Of a stretch of 64,000 nucleotides of DNA, positions 10,045 through 20,318 are shown piece by piece (the first letter of the stretch is position 1; each line of letters opens with the position of its first letter). Made by a program: the position numbers and the translations under genes. This DNA is from Desulfatiglandales bacterium. Its GTDB lineage: Bacteria; Desulfobacterota; DSM-4660; Desulfatiglandales; HGW-15. The stretch lies in assembly GCA_963667015.2 (NCBI GenBank), contig CAXXJJ010000001.1, positions 2,528,001 to 2,592,000 on the forward strand, written 5' to 3'. The notes beneath the pieces were generated by a model, which saw only the letters and a program-made list of their open reading frames with translations, had not been told where the DNA came from and did not search any database.

Positions 10045-11151
10045 ATGATCGGTGGTACAGTAAGGGTTCATAATATAAATAAGTTTTTTGGTTCCACCCA
10101 GGTTTTGAAAGATATAAATCTTGAAATCAAAGCCGGGGAGTTCTTTTCTCTTTTAGGCCCGTCCGGCTGCGGTAAAACCACCTTATTAAGAATTATTGCC
10201 GGGTTTGAGACACCCTCATCAGGCGACCTTCTGCTCGATAACGAAAGCGTTCTTGACAAGGCTCCCAACCAGCGCCATGTAAATACTATTTTCCAGAATT
10301 ATGCACTGTTTCCCCACCTCACGGTTTTTGAAAACGTGGCCTTTTCACTTAGACTAAAAAAAACAGATAAAAATATAATAAAAACCAGGGTAGAAGAGTA
10401 CCTGAATCTGGTTCGGCTTAAAGAGCATATGGAAAAATATCCTGCGCAGCTTTCAGGGGGGCAAAGACAGCGGGTTGCCATTGCCAGGGCATTGATAAAC
10501 GAGCCCAGGGTGCTGCTTCTGGATGAACCCCTAAGCGCCCTTGACGCAAAACTGCGGCAGGATCTTTTGATGGAGCTGGACCGAATCCATGACATAATCG
10601 GCATTACCTTCATCTATGTAACTCATGACCAGGAAGAGGCTATGAGTGTATCCGACCGGATTGCAGTTATGCAGGATGGAAATCTCCTCCAGATCGGAAC
10701 GCCCTTTGAAATATATGAAAGCCCGTCAGATATGTTTGTGGCTGATTTCATCGGTGCATCCAATACCATTGAAGGCAGGGTTGTCGAAATGATGGAAAGG
10801 CTTGCCCGCATCAGAACCCTGGAGATTGGTGATGTCCTGGTTGACCTGGACAAACCCATGAAAACCGGTGATATGATAAAGGTTACCCTTCGGCCGGAAA
10901 AACTCCATATTTCAAAAAAACAGCCGGAAATTAATTTATCCACCTGGAATTGTATTTCCGGCAGGGTTGACCAGATGATTTACACCGGTTCCCATACCAG
11001 CTTTATAGTAAAATCCGAACAGGAGAAGGTTTTTAAGGTATTTAAGCAGCATGCCAAGTATTTTACCGACGAAGAGCCCATACAGTGGGAAGATAAGGTG
11101 TTTATATGGTGGCATGCCGATGACAGCTTTGTTGTCGAGGTTAACGGCTAA
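10045..11151 (+). CDS. potA: Spermidine/putrescine ABC transporter ATP-binding subunit
   Basis: GPSGCGKT, LSGGQRQR, LLLDEP and VNTIFQNYALFPHL, with a TOBE-like tail. AGGAG RBS precedes ATG 10045. Confidence 0.9.
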   Translation: MIGGTVRVHNINKFFGSTQVLKDINLEIKAGEFFSLLGPSGCGKTTLLRIIAGFETPSSGDLLLDNESVLDKAPNQRHVNTIFQNYALFPHLTVFENVAFSLRLKKTDKNIIKTRVEEYLNLVRLKEHMEKYPAQLSGGQRQRVAIARALINEPRVLLLDEPLSALDAKLRQDLLMELDRIHDIIGITFIYVTHDQEEAMSVSDRIAVMQDGNLLQIGTPFEIYESPSDMFVADFIGASNTIEGRVVEMMERLARIRTLEIGDVLVDLDKPMKTGDMIKVTLRPEKLHISKKQPEINLSTWNCISGRVDQMIYTGSHTSFIVKSEQEKVFKVFKQHAKYFTDEEPIQWEDKVFIWWHADDSFVVEVNG

Positions 11152-11999
11152 TGATCAAAAATTACGGCCAGCGCTACACATCTCCTGTACTTGTGTGGCT
11201 TACATTATTTTTTGTGTTACCCTTTTCCATCATCCTGGTCGGGAGTTTTCTGACAAAGGGACTCTATGGCGGGTTTGAACCAGGTTTTTCTCTTGCAGCG
11301 TACAAGGCACTGTTTTCAGATACCATGCGCAAGGTAGCTGTTAACACTTTATTTATCAGCATAGCAACAACCGTAATTACAGTATTAATGGCTGTCCCGA
11401 CCGCATATTATATAGCCCGTTCCAGGTTTAAAGAGAAGCTGCTCTTCCTTGTGATTATCCCTTTCTGGACAAATTTTCTGATCCGGATATTTGCCTGGAT
11501 TGCCGTTCTCGGTAATAACGGGCTTGTCAATACCTTTCTGATTAATGTCGGTCTTTTTAACGCCCCTGTACGACTGCTGTATAACAAATGGGCTATCATC
11601 CTTATAATGATATACACATCTCTGCCATTTGCTATTTTGCCTCTTTATGCAGTAATTGAAAAATTCGATTTTTCCCTGCTTGAGGCAGCACGGGATCTCG
11701 GGGCCACAAAGTCTCAGTCAATGTTTAAAATCCTTATGCCCCTGATTATTCCGGGTATATCCACTGCAGTACTGTTTACATTCATCCCGGCCTTTGGAAA
11801 TTTTGCCATCCCTGATATTGTCGGCGGTACTGACGTCCGGATGCTGGGGAATATCATAAATGAAAAGCTCAAGACAGCACGAAACTGGCCCTCGGCGGCC
11901 GCCATTTCCATGGTGCTTACAACAATATCGGTAGTCATGGTCCTGCTCTTTAACCGCATAACTGCATCAAAAGAGAAAAAGATTCAGGGGGACTCCTGA
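11151..11999 (+). CDS. potB: Spermidine/putrescine ABC permease
   Basis: LVIIPFWTNFLIRIFAW and EAARDLGA (EAA motif). Operon order fits. Confidence 0.88.
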   Translation: MIKNYGQRYTSPVLVWLTLFFVLPFSIILVGSFLTKGLYGGFEPGFSLAAYKALFSDTMRKVAVNTLFISIATTVITVLMAVPTAYYIARSRFKEKLLFLVIIPFWTNFLIRIFAWIAVLGNNGLVNTFLINVGLFNAPVRLLYNKWAIILIMIYTSLPFAILPLYAVIEKFDFSLLEAARDLGATKSQSMFKILMPLIIPGISTAVLFTFIPAFGNFAIPDIVGGTDVRMLGNIINEKLKTARNWPSAAAISMVLTTISVVMVLLFNRITASKEKKIQGDS

Positions 12000-12000
12000 T

Positions 12001-12798
12001 ATGGTGAATGATATGAACAGGGCAGGTGAAAGGCACCGAATATCCGGCCTGTTTTTCTGGGCTACGATGATCTTTTTTTATGCACCGCTCATGGTACTGG
12101 TCATCTTTTCCTTTAACGAAGGAAAATCAATGAATTTTACAGGATTTTCCTTCAGGTGGTACAAGGTCCTGTTTTTTGACTCGGCCAAACTGTGGGGTTC
12201 CTTTTACAATACGGTCATCATTGCCCTTGTTTCCGCAATGGTTTCAACGGTTATAGGAACCCTGGGGGCTATCGGTGTTTACTGGCATCATTTTAAACTC
12301 AAAAAATACCTTGAGGTAGTTTCCTACCTGCCGATTATTCTACCGGAGATTATTATCGGGGTATCCATGCTCATGTTTTTTGCCGGTACAAAAATACCCC
12401 TGGGGATCACAACTATAATCATTGCCCATATAACATTCAACATACCATATGTGATGCTTATCGTTATAGCGAGGCTTTCGGAGTTTGATTATTCGATCAT
12501 CGAGGCAGCCCATGACCTTGGAGCCAGAGAAATTGATACCCTGCTGAAGGTCATAATACCCATGTGCATGCCGGGTATTGTTTCCGGTTTTCTTGTAGCT
12601 ATCACCCTCTCAATCGATGATTTCGTAATTACTTTTTTTGTCACAGGACCCGGCGCATCAACCCTGCCGCTTCATATTTACTCCATGCTTCGGTTCGGGC
12701 TGTCCCCGGCAATCAATTCCCTTTCGGTAATATTGATCATCGGGAGCCTTGTCCTGGCGTTTATGTCAAAAAGACTGTTCAGACACATGTTTAAATAA
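12001..12798 (+). CDS. potC: Spermidine/putrescine ABC permease
   Basis: FSFN...GFSFRWY, EAAHDLGA and TLSIDDFVITFF motifs. Confidence 0.88.
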   Translation: MVNDMNRAGERHRISGLFFWATMIFFYAPLMVLVIFSFNEGKSMNFTGFSFRWYKVLFFDSAKLWGSFYNTVIIALVSAMVSTVIGTLGAIGVYWHHFKLKKYLEVVSYLPIILPEIIIGVSMLMFFAGTKIPLGITTIIIAHITFNIPYVMLIVIARLSEFDYSIIEAAHDLGAREIDTLLKVIIPMCMPGIVSGFLVAITLSIDDFVITFFVTGPGASTLPLHIYSMLRFGLSPAINSLSVILIIGSLVLAFMSKRLFRHMFK

Positions 12799-12812
12799 AG
12801 GAGAAAAACACA

Positions 12813-13835
12813 ATGAAAAAAATAATTTTTTTGCTGGTTTGCGTATTTTCTGTTTTGTATGTCTTCAGCTGCGGTAGCAGTAAGGAAAAACTGTATATAT
12901 ACAACTGGACCTATTATACCCCTCCGGAAGTAATCAAGGGATTTGAGGAAAAATACAATGTTGAAGTTGTTTATGATGAATTTGCATCCAATGAGGAGAT
13001 GTTTGCCAAGCTCAAGGCAGGCGGTTCAGGATATGACATTACTTTCCCTTCTGCGGATTATGTAACAATCATGATAAACGAAGGAATGCTGGAAAAGATT
13101 GATAAAAATCTTGTCCCCAACTTCAGGAATATCGATCCGGACCTTATAGCCGGTATCGAGTATGACAAAAACTGTGAATACTCAGTCCCCTATATGAAAG
13201 GTGCATCCGGTGTTGCAGTTAACACAAAGTATGTCAAAGATTATAAAAAAGACATGAGTATTTTCCTCAACCCCGAACTCAAGGGCAGAATGACCCTGCT
13301 TGATGACATGCGTGAAGTTATGGGGTTTGCACTTAAGGCAAACGGTTTTTCAGTAAACTCCGTAAATCCGGAAGAGCTTAAAATAGCGAAGAACCTCGTT
13401 CTCCAGTGGCGTGACAATATACTTAAATTCGATGCGGAATCATTTGGCAAAGGTTTTGCTTCCGGTGAATTCTGGGTGGTTCAGGGATATGAAGAGGTTG
13501 TCTTTGATGAGCTGGAAGATTCTGCAAAGGCTGATGTGGACTTCTTTATTCCTGAAACCGGCGGGCCGTTATACATAGATTCAATGGTTATCCTGAAGGG
13601 ATCAAAGAACATGGATCTGGCACACAAGTTTATCAACTATATACATGAACCTGATGTATATGCAAAGTTTGTGGATTATTTCGGGTTCCCTTCAATCAAC
13701 GTGCCTGCCCGTGCAATCCGAACCGGTAAACCGGTTTATACTGAAGAAGATCTTAAGAATTGCGAGTTAAAGCTGGACCTTGGAGATAAGCTGGAGATGT
13801 ATAATGCCATCTGGGAAGAGATTAAGGTGAAATAA
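12813..13835 (+). CDS. potD: Spermidine/putrescine ABC substrate-binding lipoprotein
   Basis: Lipobox VFS-C. LYIYNWTYY, SNEEMFAKLKAG..YDI and LLDDMRE motifs. Confidence 0.88.
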   Translation: MKKIIFLLVCVFSVLYVFSCGSSKEKLYIYNWTYYTPPEVIKGFEEKYNVEVVYDEFASNEEMFAKLKAGGSGYDITFPSADYVTIMINEGMLEKIDKNLVPNFRNIDPDLIAGIEYDKNCEYSVPYMKGASGVAVNTKYVKDYKKDMSIFLNPELKGRMTLLDDMREVMGFALKANGFSVNSVNPEELKIAKNLVLQWRDNILKFDAESFGKGFASGEFWVVQGYEEVVFDELEDSAKADVDFFIPETGGPLYIDSMVILKGSKNMDLAHKFINYIHEPDVYAKFVDYFGFPSINVPARAIRTGKPVYTEEDLKNCELKLDLGDKLEMYNAIWEEIKVK

Positions 13836-13845
13836 CCAATTCTAT

Positions 13846-13876
13846 TGCAGAGACCGGTTTATAACCGGTCTCTGCA
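13846..13876 (+). terminator. Rho-independent terminator of potABCD
   Basis: Perfect 14-bp stem TGCAGAGACCGGTT/AACCGGTCTCTGCA followed by GGTTTTT. Confidence 0.8.
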
Positions 13877-14168
13877 GGTTTTTCCGGATTTATACTGATT
13901 TCTCGTAAACTTCATTTAATATTACAGGACACGGATTTACACAGATGTACACGGATCTTTTATTTTTTTATTTTTAATCCTAAAAATCCGTGTTGATCAG
14001 TGTCTAATCCATTACTTTTCTCAGTTTTCTACTTGATCAATCTTTCCAGCTTTTCGGCAAGCAGCCAGGCTGATCTCTGATTTATTGTTTTCACTAACAG
14101 CCTTTAGCCTAAAATGCTTCAGCCTGCATTATAGTCTTCTGCCTAAAAAACATAGGAAATATTCTTAC

Positions 14169-14197
14169 TTGACGTATTGTCAATATGTAACTACAAT
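14169..14197 (+). promoter_or_regulatory. Sigma70-type promoter of brnTA, probably leaderless
   Basis: TTGACG-17 bp-TACAAT, with ATG 6 nt after the -10 and no SD. The palindrome TATTG-T-CAATA lies in the spacer. Confidence 0.55.
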
Positions 14198-14203
14198 AAT
14201 GCC

Positions 14204-14479
14204 ATGAAATTCGAATGGGATGATACAAAACGTAAATCAAATATTAAAAAGCATGGAATTGATTTCATTGATGCTCCGATAATATTTTCCGGCTATACTC
14301 TTACGATTGAAGATGACCGCTATGATTATGGTGAAGAGCGTTTTGTAACATTTGGAGTCCTTGGTGGTAGAGTCGTGTCGGTTGTTCACACAGAAACCGA
14401 GGATTTAATAAGAATTATTTCAATACGAAAGGCGACAAAAAATGAAGAAAAAGGATATTTCTCGCAAATCCCAGACTGA
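14204..14479 (+). CDS. brnT: BrnT family ribonuclease toxin
   Basis: MKFEWDDTKRKSNIKKHGIDF...DYGEERF...RIISIRKA signature. Confidence 0.92.
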   Translation: MKFEWDDTKRKSNIKKHGIDFIDAPIIFSGYTLTIEDDRYDYGEERFVTFGVLGGRVVSVVHTETEDLIRIISIRKATKNEEKGYFSQIPD

Positions 14480-14741
14480 TTTGGATCGAGTTGATAAAAT
14501 AAAGGATAAAGATATAGATTTTTCTGACAATCCTGAAGTTACACCTGAGATGTTTGCAAAATCCGCTGTAAGAAAAGGTCTTAAAACTGTTAAACGAAAA
14601 ACTCAGGTTACTTTGAGGATTGATGAAGATGTATTATCTTGGTTCAAAAAACAGGGAACAGGTTATCAAACGCGTATTAATTCATTACTTAAAGCATATA
14701 AAGAAGCACATCAGGAGCACACGGGCAGAACAAGTCACTAA
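14442..14741 (+). CDS. brnA: BrnA family antitoxin
   Basis: VTLRIDEDVLSWFK..G.GYQTRINSLL signature. Overlaps brnT. Confidence 0.92.
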   Translation: MKKKDISRKSQTDLDRVDKIKDKDIDFSDNPEVTPEMFAKSAVRKGLKTVKRKTQVTLRIDEDVLSWFKKQGTGYQTRINSLLKAYKEAHQEHTGRTSH

Positions 14742-15085
14742 ACAAGGTGCGACAAGAAGTCGCCTTTATATATGGCAATGCGGGATTTTATACGCCCGAG
14801 GGAAATGATCATATCGAGGTTATAAAAAGGAATTTTCCTTTCCTCGTTTCTGCTGCCTTCTGTTTGAACCTGTCGGAATTTCCGACAGGTTGCCTCTTGG
14901 GTCAATTCTCCTTCCTCAAAAATGTGCTTAATGTGTTTGACGATATTGGTTCGTGATGATTGGTACAGTTCCGCCATTTGCTGTTGGCTTAACCACATAT
15001 CCTCGTTTTCAAACCGGACTTTAATGTCAGTTTTTCCGTCTTCGGTTTTATAAATAATTATATTGTTATGTTCTTCCTTTTTCAT
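14738..15085 (-). pseudogene. RhuM family protein, N-terminal fragment
   Basis: IIIYKTEDG...DMWLSQQQMAELY...YNLDMIISLG-RIKS, then similarity is lost. About one third of the normal length. Confidence 0.75.
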
Positions 15086-15234
15086 TACCGGCTTCCCTCC
15101 AGATCCGCGACGATTTCATCAATCGACTTGCGCAGTTCGTTCTGCCGGGCAACGATCTCTTTAATTTCGGCGTTGAGTTTTTGTATATCAATCACCTCGC
15201 GGGTGTCCTTTTATTCCACATAGGAGGTTAACGA
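15085..15234 (-). pseudogene. Type I restriction-modification HsdM C-terminal remnant
   Basis: Reads [48 protein letters not shown], the typical HsdM tail, with an internal stop. Its TAA overlaps the rhuM ATG. Confidence 0.7.
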
Positions 15235-15263
15235 CCTTTACCAGTGAGATCTCCATGGATAAA

Positions 15264-15410
15264 AATCAGCCACGATAAAGCAATGCAAAAAGCTGAAAAG
15301 GAATACCGAAAACATCAGGTAAAAACACTCACGCCTGTGGAAAAAGCCTATCTGGATACCATTAGGACCGTGCAGAAAAAGGTTGAGAAGAAAACAAAAA
15401 ACGAGAATTA
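15264..15410 (+). pseudogene. RhuM-like C-terminal remnant
   Basis: Reads KISHDKAMQKAEKEYRKHQVKTLTPVEKAYLDTIRTVQKKVEKKTKNEN*, resembling RhuM C-termini. No start codon. Confidence 0.5.
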
Positions 15411-15908
15411 ATTTTAAGTAACACCGGCTACCCTTTGAGCCTTGAGCTTTCAACTTTGAATTTGTTGTCTCTCCTAACAGCCTATAGACTATACTGTAGC
15501 CTGCTTTCCCCCTGACCTACGATCTCTGGCTTTTCCTGCTTCGCTTCCCTCTGCGCTCTGCCCTATGCACTATGCTGTTTTAACCTCTTGCCCATCCAAT
15601 GATTTTCTGCTAAAAACAAATCATTCAAAAATTTAAGCAATCCCAATTAGTTAAGCAATAATTTGGTATCTTTTTTATAATACTGAACCTGAATTTGCGA
15701 AACAGCCCGCTACGCAATTGTTTAGTATTCCCTGGTGACATAATATGGCTATTGTAAGTAAATGCGAAACGATTAAAAAAGTATTGTTTTACATACAGAA
15801 GGCCATTTGCGACAGAGCCTGATTTTGGTGTCACAAGTGTGAATTACGATTTATCCGAACTGGTGGAAAAGGCCGAGGAGCCACGATAACTACACCAAGA
15901 GAATATAA

Positions 15909-16307
15909 AAATATGGTGGAACCGACCCTGAACTGATCGAAGGAGATGTCTTTCGCACTGTGATCAGTATACTGGAATATGGCGCCAACCCTGCTGAAAA
16001 GTATGATATTGTTCAGGTGGAATCCGATTCAGGGGCCCAAGTCAAGGCCCAAGAGGCCCAAGTCGGACTTCTCAAGTGGCAGGTGGATATACTACAATCC
16101 TGCCTTGTTAATGAAAGATCAGGCAAAGAAATATTGGAAATTGCCGGATATAAGAGTCGCACAGGAAACTTTAAAAAAGGGCTGCAAAAACTGATTAATT
16201 TTCAACTGCTTGAATTGACCCTTCCTGATAAACCCAAAAGCCGTTTGCAGAAATATCGGTTGACGAAAAAGGGCCGTGAGGTGTTAAAAAGAATATCATC
16301 ACCTTAA
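15909..16307 (+). pseudogene. C-terminal remnant of an ATP-binding/Fic-associated HTH regulator
   Basis: YGGTDPELIEGDVFRTVISI...LELTLPDKPKSRLQKYRLTKKG. An in-frame TAA sits at 15906 upstream. Confidence 0.6.
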
Positions 16308-17925
16308 TTGAGTTTAAATTTACATATTAAGTATTCCATGTAAAGTTGATGGCCTTTTCTTTACATTTCAAGCTGTATATGTAAAAAACAATTGTTTACT
16401 TTACATATCCTGCAAATATAGAAGAAGCTAAGACTATCGGCAATTTTCATATAAAAATAAAAATTTTTGTCTCTGACATCTGCCCTCTATCTTTTCCTGA
16501 CCTCTGATAACTGATTTCTGGTCTCTAGCTTTTACCTGTTTTCCCTAACAGCCTTCAGCCTGCCTAATTTAATCTCTTGAAATTTCCTGAAAAAATTTTT
16601 AAAACTAACCAGTCATATCATTTCAGTCTCAACGAATTACTGTCTTAAAAAGTTTTCCTGAATTACTTGAATCAATCAAAATACATTTGTTTATTAACAT
16701 CAGACCCGTTTACGGATGGGCACTAGAGGTAAATGACTATGAAAATCATTGATATTGAGAAGATTGATCCTTCCCCTTTTCAGCACCGCAGGCATATAAG
16801 TGATGATAAACTCAGGGAGCTTGCCCTGAGTATAACGCGTGACGGGCTTATTGAACCTGTAGTCTTAAGGCGCTGTAACGGGCGTTTTCAGCTCATATGT
16901 GGCGAAAGAAGGTTAAGGGTAGTTAAAAATATACTGATATGCGGACCATACTCTCCCGGGTAATCAAGGCGAATGACCTTGAGGCAAGGCGCATGTGCGC
17001 TGCGGAAAACCTTCAGCGTGAAAATTTATCGGTTATTGAAACAATAGAGACCATTGTTGACCTTGTCGATTCCGAGCTTTACGGTGATGAAGTGTATGAC
17101 AGCATGGGCGAATCCGCCATATATAGGTTGAAAAATCTTCTTGCCAGGCTGGATTCGATTCGAAGAAGCAAAAACAGGGGATCGAGTATTTCAGAAGAAT
17201 CAAGCGACCTGTCCCATAAATTTATGGGACAGGTAGAAAATATCTTCAAAAATCTGCCCAAGTCATTGAAATGGCGATCATTTTACGAAAATGACCTCCA
17301 GATTTTACTGGACACCTCAGATGAGGTACTGACTGCCGCAATAGATCATAATCTAAATCGGTCACAGGTGAAAGCTCTGGAAGGGCTTAGGCGTGCGTCT
17401 CATGATGAATTTAAAAGGATCACTGGAACAGGGCAGGGTAAGTCCGGTGCAGAGATACTCGGACTTAGCGCAAATGAGATAAAAGACATTACTGAAAAGG
17501 CAGTCAGAAAGATGCAGCTTGAACAGCCCGAAATTACTGGTCCGGGTGCGTTGTCAAAGGATGTGGCAGTGTTCAGTCTGAACAGGCTTGGTTATTCCGG
17601 TAAAAAGATTTCCTCTCTTCTAGGCGTAAATCGCAAAACAGTAATGGCATACATTCAAAAGGAAAAGACTGCTAATCGAGTGAAAAAGGCAATCAAAGCA
17701 GGTAAAACTGTAAGCCAGGCAGCAATGGAAAATAACAGTCCTCCTGCCCCCGCCTGGTCAATCGCTCTTGAAGATAAAGACGACATGGAGCGTTTCAGGC
17801 TTCTGGGATGGGGTTTAAGGACATGGGATTACTGGTTTTACAATGATGTGGATAAGCGTTTTGGCGACGACTGGCCCGGCCGTATTCCGGCCCAGATGAT
17901 AGCACATATGCTCTACTATTTTACT

Positions 17926-19230
17926 GGATCATCCGGTTAATGAGTACGCCTGAGAGTGTAAATGATACAATCTCAATTTAAAGTATACCATATCCCGAAA
18001 GCCATAGGCCTGTCTTTTAAGGGTTTTTATTTTATTATTAATACCTTCGACTTGAGCGGAAGTAATTCGATGGAAAAAGTAGTTCAATAAACCATGGCTA
18101 TGCTGCATAAGGGTTTTGGATACTTTTACTAAAGGTTTTATGCCTGATTTTTCAGCATCAGTGCACCACGCATCCAGGAACAAAGCTGCGTCAATGTAAG
18201 TGTCTTTTTCCCAAAATTGTCTCAGTTGTTCTTTCATTGTATGGGCAGTGAAAAGAGGTTCGTTGACCCGGAGCAAGTTATTAAGGCGGTCTTGCTTTTC
18301 ATCACAAAGTTTTTCGTAATTTTTCAAAAGAAGGAAGCGGGAGCCTTTTATGAGATTTGCTCCTTCTTGATCGATTTTTGCCTGTTGCTCCCGCCTCACA
18401 TCCTCAATGGCATTGTTCATTAAAGCAGAGATGTGATAGTGATCGAAAACTATTGGTACAAGGGGCAAATGCTCCTGCACTGCAGCGATAAAGCTTTTAC
18501 TCATGTCCATGGCAATGGCTTTTAGCTTAGGGGATCTTTTTTTTATGCGTTTTAGAAAGGGTTCTATATCTTCACCTGATCGGCCTTCAACGGCGTGGAG
18601 TATACGTCCTGATTTAAGATCAACAAAGATACTCATATAATTATGACCTTTTCTAATACTGAATTCATCAATGCCCAGGTATTCTAATTTTTCCAATGGT
18701 GGTGTTTTGTAACGGCGTTTTAAGTGTTCCTTATGGATATCTTTAATCAGATCCCAACCAACACTTAGAATGCTGGCTGTTCCGGAGATAGTCATCCAGT
18801 GTAGTAGATCAATAGCAAATTTTGCGAAACGCCTTGTATATCGTTTTTTACCCTCGGAAAAAGGGAGTTTAGGCCATCTTAGAGAGTGACAGTCTTCACA
18901 ATAAAGACGCCATATCTTTACCCTTAGAAAGGTTGGCCTCGAACCTATGGGGTTCATTTTAAAATCCCTGATTTTTACACCCTTTTGTCTGCTTGTTTTA
19001 TGACTTTTACACTCAGGGCAATACTCAATGGAATTTGATACTTCTGAGTTAAATATAGTAACCCCATTTTTATATTTTGTAGAAATATACTTGACTCCTT
19101 TGATTCCAAAGGCATGATAGAGTAATGAGGTGGACATGTGGTTGATACCTCCTTTTGGTGTGGTTACCATTGGATTATCAACCTATTCCACCTCTATTTC
19201 AACTTTATGTACTCATTAACCGGATGATCC
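17926..19230 (-). mobile_element. Complete ISL3-family insertion sequence (1305 bp)
   Basis: Perfect 22-bp terminal IRs GGATCATCCGGTTAATGAGTAC (17926-17947 / 19209-19230) and an 8-bp target duplication ATTTTACT (17918-17925 / 19231-19238). Confidence 0.95.
17929..19137 (-). CDS. ISL3 family transposase
   Basis: AAGGAGG RBS and ATG 19137 (MSTSLLYHAFG). Zn finger CPEC...CEDC, GIDEF, AMDM, VFDHYH and EGINNKIKTLKRQAYGFRD. Confidence 0.95.
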   Translation of the reverse strand: MSTSLLYHAFGIKGVKYISTKYKNGVTIFNSEVSNSIEYCPECKSHKTSRQKGVKIRDFKMNPIGSRPTFLRVKIWRLYCEDCHSLRWPKLPFSEGKKRYTRRFAKFAIDLLHWMTISGTASILSVGWDLIKDIHKEHLKRRYKTPPLEKLEYLGIDEFSIRKGHNYMSIFVDLKSGRILHAVEGRSGEDIEPFLKRIKKRSPKLKAIAMDMSKSFIAAVQEHLPLVPIVFDHYHISALMNNAIEDVRREQQAKIDQEGANLIKGSRFLLLKNYEKLCDEKQDRLNNLLRVNEPLFTAHTMKEQLRQFWEKDTYIDAALFLDAWCTDAEKSGIKPLVKVSKTLMQHSHGLLNYFFHRITSAQVEGINNKIKTLKRQAYGFRDMVYFKLRLYHLHSQAYSLTG

Positions 19231-20282
19231 ATTTTACTGAGCAGGGTGAACTGGTAATGGACCCCATGGCAGGCGGAGGGGTTGTGCCTGACACATGCCT
19301 TGTAATGAACCGCAGATGTGTGAGTTTTGACATGGATGTAGATCCCGCTGCCCGGCCAGAGATAGAAAAGTGGTTCTGGGACCCTGATAATATGAAATGG
19401 CCGCTGGACAGGAAAACAAAACCCGATTTTATCCTGTTTGATCCTCCATATTTCAGTAAAAAAATAGATGGGTATCATAAAGACAGTATAGCGGGCCTTG
19501 CAAAAAAAGAGTACCTCCGGTTCTTTGAAAGGTTCTTTACCCTTGCCTGTGAAAACAGCAAAAAGGAAACCATAATAGCGATTATCAATGCCGACTGGAG
19601 AGACTTTCAGGGGAGGCCTGCAAGGGAAGAGACATGGGAAAATTCCATTTTAATAGATGATTATTTGAGTGCGCTAAAAAAAGGAGGATGGAAGATGACC
19701 CATATGATACAGGCGCCCATGTCATCGGAGCGTTTCAATGGGGGTGTTGTGTCTGCAATGCAGAAAAAGAAAATACTGGGGGTGACAAGTCGCTACGTTA
19801 TCGTAGCTAAAAAGCCAGCGTGAAGCGGTTAAGGCTGAAGGCTGTTAGGTTTCCCCGTCATTCCGCGACTTGATTATCAGAGCCATTTGTCCCGACGTCT
19901 TGTCAGGGCGAAGCTTTATGCAGAGACTTAAACCTGGTTGTCCCTTGCATTTCCAATCTTGAATGTTTTCCCTGTGAAATTCGCATAGCGAACTGCGAAG
20001 CAGTATTTAACAGGGTTGAATATTGAACCTTGAATTAGCTTTTCCTGAACCCTGACTTCAGACCTCTGGTATCTGACCTCTATCTTTTCCTTCTTGCATT
20101 TATTACAAAAAAGTCTTAAATCTAACCCATTGTATCAACTCAGAAACAATGAATTACTGCACCTGTCCGCCATAGCTTTCAAGCGAAGGTGGATTAAAGC
20201 GCCCCAGGCGCATTGTCTTATGTTTTTCCAAATAAAATATTTTGTCGTCATTCCCCGACTTGACCCTGTCTCTGGGACACAC

Positions 20283-20311
20283 TTGACACCGTGGGTAATT
20301 GATGCTAGAAT
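20283..20311 (+). promoter_or_regulatory. Sigma70 promoter of the IS4 transposase overlapping the left IR, leaderless
   Basis: TTGACA (20283-20288)-17 bp-TAGAAT (20306-20311) with an extended TG. ATG at 20319 has no SD. Confidence 0.6.
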
Positions 20312-20318
20312 CGGTAGC

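Larger units (their letters stand above)
16733..19823 (+). pseudogene. ParB N-terminal domain-HTH-DNA amino-methyltransferase fusion, frameshifted and interrupted by ISL3
   Basis: ParB box (QHRR, GLIEPVVLR, CGERR) with a frameshift near 16925. The frame continues to ...LYYFT, then resumes after the IS as EQGELVMDPMAGGG (motif I) and FDPPY (motif IV). Confidence 0.85.

Noticed and set aside
19155..19238. Apparent start of a stand-alone methyltransferase ORF
   Set aside because: The start lies inside the ISL3 end. The MTase is the 3' part of the interrupted ParB fusion.
20094..20318. 75-aa N-terminal extension of the IS4 transposase in the ORF track
   Set aside because: It runs across the IS boundary, the REP half and the promoter. 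The real start is most likely ATG 20319.
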